Part shown: piece after piece, positions 21,269 through 31,854 of the stretch
How the letters are laid out: every line of letters begins with the position of its first letter
How positions within the stretch are numbered: the stretch's first letter is position 1
IMG/VR virus record: IMGVR_UViG_3300013014_000040
Location: 1-52,757 of that record
From: a virus
Lineage: Duplodnaviria > Caudoviricetes
DNA: 52,757 nucleotides
Reading direction: 5' to 3' (one strand)
The notes under the pieces: model-generated
The model's input: the letters and a program-made list of their open reading frames with translations, nothing else
What the model was told of the DNA's origin: nothing
Databases searched by the model: none
Position numbers and translations under genes: made by a program

Positions 21269-23866
21269 TTAAGGTATATAGTTATCAAACGTTTTTCCTG
21301 GTAAGTATTTATTTACAATAACACGTGCTGAATTTGGCCATTGTATTCCGCGACTATTATTTGCTAATACTTCGTTATATACTTTTTGTCGTACATATTC
21401 TATCGCTGTATAATATTTTTGCATTTGTTGTTTTGCATATGTATCAACAACTTCTTTGGCGGATGTAATTGCTGGTATCGCTGTACTATTATAACTATCT
21501 ATCACCTGCTGTATTGACATTAAATCTGTCAATATTGCATTAAATTCCCCGATACCTTCTGCAGTTGCTATACGGTCATCTAAATTATTTAATATATTTT
21601 TAATATCAGTGGCCGCTGATCTTAAAGTTACAATTAACTGATCAGCTACTATTGAATTCGCATATAAATGATTTACAACTGGTCCGGTTTGGTTTAGTAT
21701 CATAGCATCTGTATATCTGTCGTTCATTAATGAACTCATACGATCGCCTGGAGCAGGGCTTATAAATTTATTACGTGGCAATTCATATTCATCTCCCTGT
21801 GCTTCGCCCATAATAATTTGCAATCCTTGCCATAACACTGCCGCACCTGCTACAACTAACAATCCAACGCTAGATACAGTTGCAGTAGTCACGGCCGCGG
21901 TTGATACTAGTGGTATAGCCACACCTGAAACTACAACAGTGGCTGTCGCTGCTGTCGGCGCGGCAATTAATGCCGCAACACCTCCTACACTAGCAAATAA
22001 TCCGGCGACGGTAGTAGCCGCAGATGCAGCCCATTCGCCCGCATCTGAATCTTTAAGGTTTCGTAATCTATCTAGCTCAATAGTACGACCCCATTCGGAA
22101 ATATATACAATTTTATTTTCTTCTGATCTACTAAACTTCCAAAATATTGCATTGTTCTTTTCTAACAATTTTAAGAAGCTTGTACGATCATCTAATACTT
22201 TTAAATTATCGTTTCGTTTACGTTTAACAAATTTCCATTTATCGACGGCGTTTAATACTTTGTATATATCACCTCCCGGGCCTAATGCTGCAGCAGTATA
22301 CGCTGTTATATTATTCGGTACCGAATTAAGTATAGTTTCAATCGATGTAAAGTTTGTAGCTACTTGTAGCCAAATTTGATTGATTTGAGATGTAATAGCA
22401 TCAATTTGATATTGATCAACTAACTGCTGTTGTAATATTAAAATACGTGATAATGGATAATATGCTACACTACCGCGTGGTTCATACGGCTGTAATTCAT
22501 TCACCTCGAACATTTTACCGCCATTACTCCAGTAGTTTATATACTCTAAATAATCAGCTGGACTAACATCATCTACGTCGACGATATGCGGAAAGTCGTT
22601 CCATACCGGGGCAAATACATAACTTAAATCTGTTATAACAGTTATGCCGCCGGCGTTAACTAATAAATTTATTAATCCATTTTCGCCGTCTAGGATATCA
22701 CCTGCAGGTACATCAGCACTAGTTTTTAATTCCGACAAATTATACCCGTTCTGAACCGCATATAATTGTACTGTTACTGGATCAGTTACCTGTTTCCAAT
22801 ATCCATGTACCATTATACGTAATCTACGTGATATATCATCTAATGGATTATCTATATCACCAATTACATATGCATCATTATTATTATACGGAACAGGCCA
22901 GTTGTAAATAATCATTTTACCTTCGTACTGTACACGCAGTTTTTCTTTATATGTCTGTAACTGAAACGCCGTATCAAAATACATGTCATTCGGATCTTCT
23001 ATAGTAAACAGATCCGGATTATTTTCGTTTGTACCTGTATATCCTTCTGGCTTTATATAATCACCCGGATCTCGTTTAAACGGCCCACCTGGCCTATAAC
23101 CACTTTTATATCGTATAAAAGTTGACCATTCGGTACTACGATCTAATTTCGTACGAAAATTAAATTCTTCTAAACTATCAGCTGATGCTTGCGCTGTCTG
23201 GTCTCCTAGAAATGAGCCATCTAGACGCATATCATAATCGTTCATTTCACGTACGGACGCTTCTTTAATATCACTATACGTTTTACCGTTTTCAACTAAC
23301 AGTACTTCTAATGTTTTGTAATTAGGTATTGGATATGCGCGATTGTTTTGAATAAAATACACACAGAACGTTGAACTTACAACTGTATCAGGATCTTCTC
23401 CGTTTGCTAATCGTCTATTTATACGTGTTGGCCCGTATTGTATATACGCATCATGTAAATCAACTGGTAGATTTATTTCATATGGAACTAGGAAGTCTCC
23501 GGTAATGCCTGGTAAATTTAAATTGTTTCCTAGATCTGGGCCGAAATAACTCCATTCCTCGTCTAGAACATCATCTAAAACATCTTCATTGACATTTGGG
23601 TATGATTTTTCTAACATGTAATTTGCATACGCATCAGCACGTTGCACATCAACTGTCAATACATTTGATCCATCACGTGGTATGGCGTTAACAACATCTG
23701 ATGTACCTGTAGGACTAATCCAAAATGGACGTCCGAATGCATCATATTGCACTTGTGATACTTGATCATAAGTATATACGCCAGTTGCTGGCGGGTAGTG
23801 TTCGTAGGTATTACGTCGTCTTGTAAACCTATTATTAACTGTATTATTGTCTTGGGCTGTTGGCAT
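21269..23866 (-). CDS. putative virion protein with long hydrophobic Ala/Val segment
   Basis: 865-aa ORF inside the baseplate operon with a ~75-aa uncharged stretch. Confidence 0.7.
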   Translation of the reverse strand: MPTAQDNNTVNNRFTRRRNTYEHYPPATGVYTYDQVSQVQYDAFGRPFWISPTGTSDVVNAIPRDGSNVLTVDVQRADAYANYMLEKSYPNVNEDVLDDVLDEEWSYFGPDLGNNLNLPGITGDFLVPYEINLPVDLHDAYIQYGPTRINRRLANGEDPDTVVSSTFCVYFIQNNRAYPIPNYKTLEVLLVENGKTYSDIKEASVREMNDYDMRLDGSFLGDQTAQASADSLEEFNFRTKLDRSTEWSTFIRYKSGYRPGGPFKRDPGDYIKPEGYTGTNENNPDLFTIEDPNDMYFDTAFQLQTYKEKLRVQYEGKMIIYNWPVPYNNNDAYVIGDIDNPLDDISRRLRIMVHGYWKQVTDPVTVQLYAVQNGYNLSELKTSADVPAGDILDGENGLINLLVNAGGITVITDLSYVFAPVWNDFPHIVDVDDVSPADYLEYINYWSNGGKMFEVNELQPYEPRGSVAYYPLSRILILQQQLVDQYQIDAITSQINQIWLQVATNFTSIETILNSVPNNITAYTAAALGPGGDIYKVLNAVDKWKFVKRKRNDNLKVLDDRTSFLKLLEKNNAIFWKFSRSEENKIVYISEWGRTIELDRLRNLKDSDAGEWAASAATTVAGLFASVGGVAALIAAPTAATATVVVSGVAIPLVSTAAVTTATVSSVGLLVVAGAAVLWQGLQIIMGEAQGDEYELPRNKFISPAPGDRMSSLMNDRYTDAMILNQTGPVVNHLYANSIVADQLIVTLRSAATDIKNILNNLDDRIATAEGIGEFNAILTDLMSIQQVIDSYNSTAIPAITSAKEVVDTYAKQQMQKYYTAIEYVRQKVYNEVLANNSRGIQWPNSARVIVNKYLPGKTFDNYIP

Positions 23867-25014
23867 TATCTAATAACCTTAAAATAATATCCATTATCAT
23901 GTATTTGTACATTATTAACGTCGTGTATCGACTTTATAACTATTTTATAATATCGTTCTGGCATAAATGTGCTCAATCGTAATCTAAAGTAATTACCATT
24001 AGTATCACATGATATCTGTGTTGCAGTAGTATCAAACGGTATAATCGTTTCTTCTGTTATAGAATCTTTAACGGAATAGTAACTTCCTGACGGCAATCTA
24101 TAATTAGTTAAATAATGAGACTCAGTATTACTATAATTCTTTAATGGGTATTCTGGACGTGCACCTATTCGTAATGTAACAATATCTGTTTCTTTATAAG
24201 CTTCGCGTAGATTTTTTATATATGGTACATACAATTCGCTACTAGATACTTCTGTTACAGACCCAGTACCGGATAGATTAACATCATTCCATGCAATCTC
24301 TAATTTAGGTACATAAATTGTATTAGTTTCCCTAGAAAAGAACTTTAATGAACCTAGTATTTCGCCGGAAATTTCATCACTATAAGGTCTTTTAAGAACA
24401 AATCCGTAGTTAGGTGTATCATTGTCTATCCAATGTTTAACTATGTCGGTAACGTTCATTCTAATATCAGGTGACTGGAAATTAAATGACTGGCTAGCCT
24501 CATATGAAGAACCAGTGAACCATGTACCTCCACCCATTCTGTTAGTAATACCAAATTCATTTGCACTGGCAGCTGAAGCGGTATTCCATGTAGTAAGTAA
24601 ATCAGCTGACGTACGGTAATACCATGACACTCCGTTTGTTATTGGCGGGATGTCATTATAATTACCATTGCCATTACTCCAAGATTCAGATACTGGATAA
24701 GCTTTTAATGTATATGCAGTAAGTAAATCAGTAGCATCCGATGCCCTAAGACTTAAATATACAGATGATGAGCCAATGCCGGTACCAATCGGCGGAATCT
24801 CGCGGCTTGATATAGCTGATGATAATAATGATATCTGTCCACTAAAATCTAATAATATACGGCTATTAAATGTATTAGCATAAAAATTACCATCACTAGA
24901 TCTAGAACCGCTTGCTATCTTAGTTAATTCTAAAATAGAATCTATACCAGTATTCCGATCCGTAAATTGTTCGTATATTGTAGCATCTCTATCTACATAA
25001 TAAAATTGATACAT
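23866..25014 (-). CDS. virion structural protein (DNRLRE/CBM96-like domain)
   Basis: DATIYE, SRILLDF, AYPVSESWSNG, MNVTDIVKHW...NYGFVLK...FFSRE...PKLEIAW. Confidence 0.7.
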   Translation of the reverse strand: MYQFYYVDRDATIYEQFTDRNTGIDSILELTKIASGSRSSDGNFYANTFNSRILLDFSGQISLLSSAISSREIPPIGTGIGSSSVYLSLRASDATDLLTAYTLKAYPVSESWSNGNGNYNDIPPITNGVSWYYRTSADLLTTWNTASAASANEFGITNRMGGGTWFTGSSYEASQSFNFQSPDIRMNVTDIVKHWIDNDTPNYGFVLKRPYSDEISGEILGSLKFFSRETNTIYVPKLEIAWNDVNLSGTGSVTEVSSSELYVPYIKNLREAYKETDIVTLRIGARPEYPLKNYSNTESHYLTNYRLPSGSYYSVKDSITEETIIPFDTTATQISCDTNGNYFRLRLSTFMPERYYKIVIKSIHDVNNVQIHDNGYYFKVIR

Positions 25015-25025
25015 AGTACACTTCC

Positions 25026-26900
25026 TTAAGGTCTAATTACTCTACCCTTAATATCATTATCAGGATATTTAATTTCAAAAATACATGGATCTAAACTAGG
25101 ATATAATATTCCGTTTCTAGTAGCTAACTCAATGTTATAAACATTTCCAGAATAGCCACTATGGGTATCATATAAATTAGTAAATTCTAATTTAGGAATA
25201 CTTTGAACGCCGTCTAATCTATCTAATTCACTTACGATGTTTGATATGTTAATTGACCCGTTAATTTGCATACGGTCATTATCGAATAAAGTTTTGAGTT
25301 TATTAATACATTGTAATAATACTTCATTACTATTAAAATTAGGCCTAGGAATAACTTCAAACTCAATACCTAAATTAACAATATACGCAGTTTTTAAATT
25401 AATGCCGTCAGTCAATATACGATAATTAGATAGGTATGTACGTAAATTTTCTAGCAATGCTGTATTACCTGGTACAAGATTTTTATTGTTATCATATGAC
25501 AATACATATACATTTAATGCCAATGGATTTGGAATAGTTTCTCGCGGATATGTAATATCATATGCATTAACTTGCGAGTCAGCTACAACATACGCTTTGG
25601 CAACTGATCCATATTTAGCTGGCATTGAATAGCAACGTACAATATAATCTTCTCTTGTTATAGCTCTATTTTGTGCTGCAAATGACGCCATGGCATTTTG
25701 ACGAATACTTTCTTGTTCATCACGAGCCTTACCACCGACTGCTGGCAACGCATTGTTTACAGCCACCGATGATTTTACAAACGTTAAATCAACGTCATTG
25801 ATTTCCGTTACATATTCTACAGCATCTACTACTGTTAATACATTTGAAGATATATTATCATTGATGCCGCCACCTACACTATACCGTACGGTTAATGTTG
25901 TATTGTATGGAACTAGACCGTACGTACTAGTATATAAAAAGTTACTAGGATCAATATTTGAGTTAGTAGTACGTTCTAAATACTCTAATCCTAAACCTAC
26001 GTTTTTTGGATTAGGAATAATTTCTTCATCTGCATCCGAACTAATACCTGATCCAAATTGAATTTCAGTACGATAATCACCTCGTACACGTGTTACAAAT
26101 CTACGTGGTGTTTTACGTAGTTTTAAAATATACGGTACGGTACTTCTATACACGGCCATATCTGGGTCATTATATGGAATGTTCGCAATATCTTCAAACA
26201 CCGTATCCTGTGCTAGATAATCTGTTTGATACCAAGTATTTCCTTCAGCATCAACTACATCGATAATATCTAATACATTAGTTTCTGGTAATGATATTTT
26301 ATCATATGCCTTAGGCTCACTAAACGTAAAATCAGTTGTTATAACTTCGCCACTAACAGCACTAACGTATTTTTTTAAAAGGTAAAATAAAACGTTACCG
26401 TTATTGTCTAACTCATATACGGATATCTCTGTAGGATTATCTGCCGTATTAGCACTAAAATCAACAGGTTCTACTGTACGAAATTTAGTAGTACCCGTCG
26501 TGGTACTTAACTGCATCCCAGCTTTAATGGATAATGCATATCTATAATCAGGTTGTGCATTAACACCGCTACCTATAGATGGTACTAACTGATATACTTC
26601 AACAGTTACTGTCGCTGGCGAATTTAACTTTGGCTTATACCCAAATAATTGCGATAGTATTAAAACATTAGCATCTTCATGTGCAGTTTTAAGTAACGAC
26701 TCCCTAAACGACTGATCCGTATAATATGACAATACATCACCTACATACGATGCCATTTCAATAAACATCATACCAGGAGACGATTCATTAAAATCACTAT
26801 ATGTATTAGGAAAATATTGGCGTGTAAAATTTATAAGATTTTGTCTAAATTGTGCAAAATCTTTATTTAAATACTTTACATCCTTTTTAACTAATTCCAT
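25026..26900 (-). CDS. baseplate wedge subunit (T4 gp6 / Baseplate_J-like)
   Basis: KDFAQFRQNL, DFNESSPGMMFIEMASYVGDVLSYYTD, IQFGSG, QNRAITREDY. Confidence 0.88.
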   Translation of the reverse strand: MELVKKDVKYLNKDFAQFRQNLINFTRQYFPNTYSDFNESSPGMMFIEMASYVGDVLSYYTDQSFRESLLKTAHEDANVLILSQLFGYKPKLNSPATVTVEVYQLVPSIGSGVNAQPDYRYALSIKAGMQLSTTTGTTKFRTVEPVDFSANTADNPTEISVYELDNNGNVLFYLLKKYVSAVSGEVITTDFTFSEPKAYDKISLPETNVLDIIDVVDAEGNTWYQTDYLAQDTVFEDIANIPYNDPDMAVYRSTVPYILKLRKTPRRFVTRVRGDYRTEIQFGSGISSDADEEIIPNPKNVGLGLEYLERTTNSNIDPSNFLYTSTYGLVPYNTTLTVRYSVGGGINDNISSNVLTVVDAVEYVTEINDVDLTFVKSSVAVNNALPAVGGKARDEQESIRQNAMASFAAQNRAITREDYIVRCYSMPAKYGSVAKAYVVADSQVNAYDITYPRETIPNPLALNVYVLSYDNNKNLVPGNTALLENLRTYLSNYRILTDGINLKTAYIVNLGIEFEVIPRPNFNSNEVLLQCINKLKTLFDNDRMQINGSINISNIVSELDRLDGVQSIPKLEFTNLYDTHSGYSGNVYNIELATRNGILYPSLDPCIFEIKYPDNDIKGRVIRP

Positions 26901-27439
26901 TAAAAGCTCCCAACTTGAGTTAATACTAACGGTGTAATATCATTATTATTTATAGGAATAACTTGTATAGTATTCTCAGACAACAGTACATTGATAACAC
27001 GTTCTGCCGGAAAATTAGTGACTCTATATATAATCTTTACTGAAAATATATGGCGGTCGACGTTACGGCTAATATCTAAATCTACTAGTTCAATATACGG
27101 TACCCAACGCGCTATAGCACTACGTAATGAATCATCTACAGCGCCAACAAGATCTTCAGTGTTCTGTTCAAATAATGTATGGCGTAATGTAGTTCCAAAT
27201 TCTGGTTGCATATATCGTTCACCTACTTCAGTCATAACTAAATTAATTAAATTACTAGTCGACTGTTCTTCTGTAGTTTTTGACATATTAAATAACGTAC
27301 CGCCATTAGATGCGACCGAATTATATACTGATGTACTAGTTTGTCCTGCGGCTGCACGGTTAAACGGTAGTTTAATACCGATAGTACGATCTGGAAATAA
27401 ATTGATCGGCTGATATCTATATATTGGTCTATTAGACAT
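26900..27439 (-). CDS. baseplate wedge subunit gp25-like (GPW/gp25)
   Basis: NLINLVMTEVGERYMQPEFGTTL..LFEQ...AIARWVPYIEL. Confidence 0.9.
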   Translation of the reverse strand: MSNRPIYRYQPINLFPDRTIGIKLPFNRAAAGQTSTSVYNSVASNGGTLFNMSKTTEEQSTSNLINLVMTEVGERYMQPEFGTTLRHTLFEQNTEDLVGAVDDSLRSAIARWVPYIELVDLDISRNVDRHIFSVKIIYRVTNFPAERVINVLLSENTIQVIPINNNDITPLVLTQVGSF

Positions 27440-27909
27440 TAACGCATACCTTTCTTCTTATCAATCGCTTTCATTAACGCCGAATAATCTTTTGTCATGG
27501 CATTAACAACATTCGCTACATTTTCATTTCGTACGTTTACCGGAGCTCCGTTTATATCTTGCAAAGGAGCTACAGCTGGAGTAGCAAACGACATATCAGG
27601 TCCAGCTGATCTCATTCCGCCGAACGCTTGTGCCATTTCACTTTTAAAGTCCATTGTAGCCCATTCATCTTGAATCAATGGCGAGGCCGCTGTCTCATTT
27701 AATAAGTCGTTTAACATAGGATCTTTAACAAATGTTTTCGGCTTACTAGGTTTAACTGCTTGTTCTGACATTCGAATGCCATGGTCAATAATTTGTTTAG
27801 GTGCAACACGTTGTTCATTTAATACACGTTTCATTTCCGTACGAACTGCTGTCTGTACTTCTTCGCGAATGAGTTTACGTAAAGCATTAAAAAATGATTT
27901 TGTTTCCAT
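27439..27909 (-). CDS. hypothetical virion protein with LRKLIREEV...VLNE leader
   Basis: 156 aa; late motif upstream; DPMLNDLLNET and DYSALMK motifs. Confidence 0.75.
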   Translation of the reverse strand: METKSFFNALRKLIREEVQTAVRTEMKRVLNEQRVAPKQIIDHGIRMSEQAVKPSKPKTFVKDPMLNDLLNETAASPLIQDEWATMDFKSEMAQAFGGMRSAGPDMSFATPAVAPLQDINGAPVNVRNENVANVVNAMTKDYSALMKAIDKKKGMR

Positions 27910-27926
27910 AATAATTTCTATTTTTA

Positions 27927-27935
27927 TATAAATAT
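27927..27935 (-). promoter_or_regulatory. putative late promoter ATATTTATA
   Basis: Repeated motif upstream of ATG 27909. Confidence 0.65.
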
Positions 27936-27936
27936 G

Positions 27937-29013
27937 TTACTGCTTTAAAGTTGCAAGTATAGCAGTGATATTAGCCAATTCAGAAGTAATATTAGTTAAA
28001 TTACCGATGGCAGATGTAGCTACAGGAGAAAGAATTACAGCGCCAGGAATTCCAAGTGCAATATCAGCAGTTGCACTAGCAGCTAATGCAGTTGTTAATG
28101 TAGTGACTTGTACTGTTAAACTTGTCAATTGAGTTTGTATACTTTCAATCTGAGTAAAAAACTTATCCATATCCACTGCCCATTTCGGCGTAGCAATGTT
28201 AACAGTACTTTTACTAACTAAAGTGATATCATCTTTACGTGAATTTAAAAATATACGATCAGATGATATAATAGCTTGAGCGTTAGAATATGTTCCAGGT
28301 TTTACCCCAGTGCCTATTCGTGTTTGCGCGGGAGTTATTGAAATATTCTGGTCTGTTGTTAAGTATAATAAACTTTTATCAGTGTCCGGTTTTTCAATAT
28401 TATAATATTCACTACTATCAGATAAACCAGCAGTAAACATTAGTATAGGATTGTTAGTTTTACTTCCTTTCCATGGTGGATTACTTACAAAATAATTTGA
28501 ATTACCTTTTGTAATGTTAGATGAAAATCTAATAGCACTGCCATATCTGGAACTTATAAGTTTATCGCCTTCATATGGTTGAAGTGGTCGTATATCTTGT
28601 TCGGTATGTGATAGATATTCCGGCGTTACCTTCGGGCCGTTAGAAGCTATACCTATTGTATTATAATTACTAGCGCCAGCAGTTACTTGCGTAAATGCAT
28701 TAAAAAACGGTATACTATTAGTATTAACAGTGTTATGAAAATTAATTATCTTAGTATAAAATAACTTAACACTGTATAATGAACTCATATCATTTACATA
28801 GATTGTAACTAGTTCGCCTTTTAACGGCGTAACGATATCTGTTAGATCTAATGGCATAGCGTAAACATCAACCGGCGCGCGTGACGCTACTTGGCTGCGA
28901 ATCCGTATTTTAATTGTACCTTGCGGATATTCCGTACCAGTAACTTTATCAGTAAATGGAGCGTAGCTAAATGTGGTATCAATAACTTCAGCTAACGATA
29001 ATACAGATGCCAT
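27937..29013 (-). CDS. putative baseplate hub/central spike (gp5-like)
   Basis: OB-fold-like start (PLKGELV), PYEGD..ISSRYGSAIRF, IISSDRIFLNSR beta-repeats; close to gp25. Confidence 0.6.
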   Translation of the reverse strand: MASVLSLAEVIDTTFSYAPFTDKVTGTEYPQGTIKIRIRSQVASRAPVDVYAMPLDLTDIVTPLKGELVTIYVNDMSSLYSVKLFYTKIINFHNTVNTNSIPFFNAFTQVTAGASNYNTIGIASNGPKVTPEYLSHTEQDIRPLQPYEGDKLISSRYGSAIRFSSNITKGNSNYFVSNPPWKGSKTNNPILMFTAGLSDSSEYYNIEKPDTDKSLLYLTTDQNISITPAQTRIGTGVKPGTYSNAQAIISSDRIFLNSRKDDITLVSKSTVNIATPKWAVDMDKFFTQIESIQTQLTSLTVQVTTLTTALAASATADIALGIPGAVILSPVATSAIGNLTNITSELANITAILATLKQ

Positions 29014-29387
29014 TACTTATCCTTTATCACAGAATCAGCAGCTTTAATAGCCTTTACCTCGCTTTCAGCTTCTTGAATTAATTGCTTGCGTTCTTCATCC
29101 GAAAGACCAAATTCATTGCCATCATCTTCGCCTTTACTGCTAGCGGAAACTAAACGTTGTACAATTGAAGCTAATTTAACTAAAGCGTCGTCGTTCTTTA
29201 CAGACACTTCTAAGTACTCTGCAATCAATGGTACAATAACTGTAGCATCACCTGCATTCTTTACTAACGGTTGTAGTTCTTGTATTAACGTATCAATTTG
29301 TCGTGACTTCTTTTTAGAATTGTGATAGACATCACGCATCAGATCGGAAAACGATGTTCCTTTAAATAGTTCGTAGTCTGCACTCAT
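29013..29387 (-). CDS. helical phage hypothetical protein
   Basis: 124-aa ORF, late motif upstream, TAATG overlap with the next gene. Confidence 0.75.
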   Translation of the reverse strand: MSADYELFKGTSFSDLMRDVYHNSKKKSRQIDTLIQELQPLVKNAGDATVIVPLIAEYLEVSVKNDDALVKLASIVQRLVSASSKGEDDGNEFGLSDEERKQLIQEAESEVKAIKAADSVIKDK

Positions 29388-29401
29388 ATAAACCCTTTAA
29401 A

Positions 29402-29410
29402 TATAAATAT
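29402..29410 (-). promoter_or_regulatory. putative late promoter ATATTTATA
   Basis: Repeated motif upstream of ATG 29387; heads the baseplate operon. Confidence 0.65.
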
Positions 29411-29415
29411 AAGGG

Positions 29416-30186
29416 CTATAGTTTATTGTCGTTAAAACGTCCGGTCTTTTGATAGACCGAAAACATTTTAACAAAATCATTACGCATGACAGTCAATACT
29501 TTTGTAATATTCTGAGTCTTAAGACCCGTACGTTCACGTACTAAAATATATAAAGCCTTTTTATTAAAGTCTTCGATATTTTCACGTATACGAAATAACT
29601 CAAGGACAGTGTCCGCAACAATTAAATCTTTACGTGTACTAAAGATAGCAGTTGCATTCTTATCATACCAATCCGCCCATAAGTCTACAAAGTCTTTCAG
29701 GGATTCTTGATAGGAGGAAATACTTACTTCTGACATTAAATCGCGAGATTCATCAATTAATGATGTATCTACTTTTCGTTTAAATTTAGCATAGTTAGTA
29801 TTATTTTGTATGATTAAATAGTTTTTAGCTACAATACTAAAATAACTAAATGCTTTACCTTTACCTTCGGTAAATTTATGTATCTTCTCATTAAGAAAAG
29901 CTACCACTTCACATTTAATATCTTCGTATGGAATATCAAAATATGAAAATTTAAAGGTATGATATATGTTTTCAACTAACTTATTAAATGGATAATCTAT
30001 ATATTCACGATAAATTTTATTACGTAAATATTGATCTGTTTCCTTATTATAAGCTACAATAGCTCGTTCCGTTGTAATTGTAAAGTATTGTTTATCACTA
30101 ACCTTTCTACCTCGTTTACTTACAACAACAGCTGCAGCATCTGCTTCGGCTTGTATCTGTTGATAAAATTCTTCTACTGGCGTCAT
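29416..30186 (-). CDS. putative late-transcription sigma factor (T4 gp55-like / sigma region 2)
   Basis: FKFSY...YEDIKCEVVAFLNEKIHKFTEGKGKAFSYFSIVAKNYLI resembles sigma region 2; possible C-terminal HTH. Confidence 0.6.
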   Translation of the reverse strand: MTPVEEFYQQIQAEADAAAVVVSKRGRKVSDKQYFTITTERAIVAYNKETDQYLRNKIYREYIDYPFNKLVENIYHTFKFSYFDIPYEDIKCEVVAFLNEKIHKFTEGKGKAFSYFSIVAKNYLIIQNNTNYAKFKRKVDTSLIDESRDLMSEVSISSYQESLKDFVDLWADWYDKNATAIFSTRKDLIVADTVLELFRIRENIEDFNKKALYILVRERTGLKTQNITKVLTVMRNDFVKMFSVYQKTGRFNDNKL

Positions 30187-30470
30187 TCAAAATCTCCATT
30201 CAATTGACCAACAATATCTTTAAGTTCTTTAAAGACATATCCAGTCTCATCATCAGATTCAAATGAACCTAAACGATCGATATTTTTCATTCGTGAATAA
30301 GCTTCACCGGTTTTAGATTTCAAGTTATTATAAAATGTATAGTAATCTAAATTAGATTGCTCTAAGTCAGTTACATATTCTTCTAACGCCTCTGCCTTAC
30401 GCAATAAATTAAATATAACAAACACACATCCAATAAGTAGTGCCGATAAACATATAATTGTAATTAACAT
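30183..30470 (-). CDS. membrane-anchored coiled-coil protein
   Basis: Start moved to ATG 30470 (AAGGA RBS); N-terminal TM helix; GSFESDDETG motif. Confidence 0.7.
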   Translation of the reverse strand: MLITIICLSALLIGCVFVIFNLLRKAEALEEYVTDLEQSNLDYYTFYNNLKSKTGEAYSRMKNIDRLGSFESDDETGYVFKELKDIVGQLNGDFE

Positions 30471-30471
30471 A

Positions 30472-31224
30472 TTAGTCCTTAAATAAGTCGTTAAATAATT
30501 TTGATGCATCAATTGCCGACAGATCTGATTTTGTAGTCGCCTTTGGTTTTGATGCTATCGGCTTTGCAATTGCGGCTGAACCATTAGCCCAACGTTCGTA
30601 TTCAATACGTGCTGCCATATGGTCTGCATGATGTAAAATTAAAGCTAAGTTATTTCTCATCTTAGCATCGGCACTTCTAGCAATGTAATAAGGTTTATTA
30701 GCGTCATCATAAAGACCATCATGTATACGAATACCTAAATATTCATTCCATGACACTTGTATTCCGAAGTGTTGCAAGTTCCATAAACTTAAATCCGGTA
30801 CCATGGTAAATGGATTAGTTGGATTATGTTTATACATCTTACCTTGATTCTTTCTATGCCACTCCGAGTCATTAGGAATATAAATCTCACCACCGGGAGT
30901 AGGAAATCCTGCTTTACCTAAATCATGGTGCATAGCAGCAAACATTAATTCTTCCTTAGTAAAGCCGTCAATGCTAGCACCAGACGCTTCCCAACTGTCT
31001 AATAACGTTACCGCACAATCCATAACACGAAGTACATGATCTACATATCCACCTTCGAAGGCATTATGAAAATGATCGATACTTGATGCAGGCATCATAA
31101 TCATTCTATCTTCAAATGTATCGTACATTTTATTTAGAGCATCCTTACGTGTAGGGAAATACTCATTTACACGCTTACGATATTCAATCCAATTGTCGTG
31201 TATCTTTTCTGCTGTTAAACTCAT
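30472..31224 (-). CDS. HD-domain phosphohydrolase (YhaM-like HD)
   Basis: HNAFEGGYVDHVLRV, HHDLGK, IRIHDG, LHHADHMA. Confidence 0.88.
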   Translation of the reverse strand: MSLTAEKIHDNWIEYRKRVNEYFPTRKDALNKMYDTFEDRMIMMPASSIDHFHNAFEGGYVDHVLRVMDCAVTLLDSWEASGASIDGFTKEELMFAAMHHDLGKAGFPTPGGEIYIPNDSEWHRKNQGKMYKHNPTNPFTMVPDLSLWNLQHFGIQVSWNEYLGIRIHDGLYDDANKPYYIARSADAKMRNNLALILHHADHMAARIEYERWANGSAAIAKPIASKPKATTKSDLSAIDASKLFNDLFKD

Positions 31225-31228
31225 AGTA

Positions 31229-31846
31229 TTAAATTATTTCGTCAATTATTCCAAATTCTAATAACTGATTTGCTGTTAGAAACAAATCTGTTTTCTGTTG
31301 CTGTCTCCACCATTCAGCTGGTTTCTTAGTACGTTTTGCTAAAACATCGCAAACATCATCTTCAATTAATTTTAGATTGTTAATGTAAGCTGTCATGTCA
31401 CTCATCTTAACTCCATCCAAGTAACTACTTGATTCATGGAACATTACACATGAACGTTTACTAACCATTCTAGTACCGGTACCACATGCTAATATTACAG
31501 CAGCTGCTGAAAATGCTCTGCCACGGCAAATTGTATTTACTTTAATATCTAAAGTTTCAATATAATCGATAATACCTAACATATCATATACATCACCTCC
31601 ATTAGAGTTGATAATTAAATTGATAGGATCTGTATTACCTTCTTCTCTATTATTTAAGATAGCACGTATCTTAATCATTAAGTCAACTAAAGTAGTTCCA
31701 GTAACATCATCATTAAGATAAATTACTGAATCATTAAAGTCAATTAATGTTGTTAATTGTTCTGTAACCTCTGTATAAAGGCTTGTAGTCTCTTTATCAT
31801 CCTTGATAACCGACTTTTTCGTATTGTTTTCTTCGTATATACTCAT
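31229..31846 (-). CDS. clpP: ClpP-like serine protease
   Basis: IINSNGGDV, GRAFSAAAVILACG (Ser), VMFHE (His), TDLFLTA..LLEFGIIDEI (Asp). Confidence 0.9.
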   Translation of the reverse strand: MSIYEENNTKKSVIKDDKETTSLYTEVTEQLTTLIDFNDSVIYLNDDVTGTTLVDLMIKIRAILNNREEGNTDPINLIINSNGGDVYDMLGIIDYIETLDIKVNTICRGRAFSAAAVILACGTGTRMVSKRSCVMFHESSSYLDGVKMSDMTAYINNLKLIEDDVCDVLAKRTKKPAEWWRQQQKTDLFLTANQLLEFGIIDEII

Positions 31847-31854
31847 AACTGTTC

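Noticed and set aside
31229-31846. ClpP as the protease that cleaves the L-x-E leaders
   Set aside because: It sits under an early-type promoter away from head genes, and Glu-specific head maturation is characteristic of gp21-type proteases, none of which is in this window.
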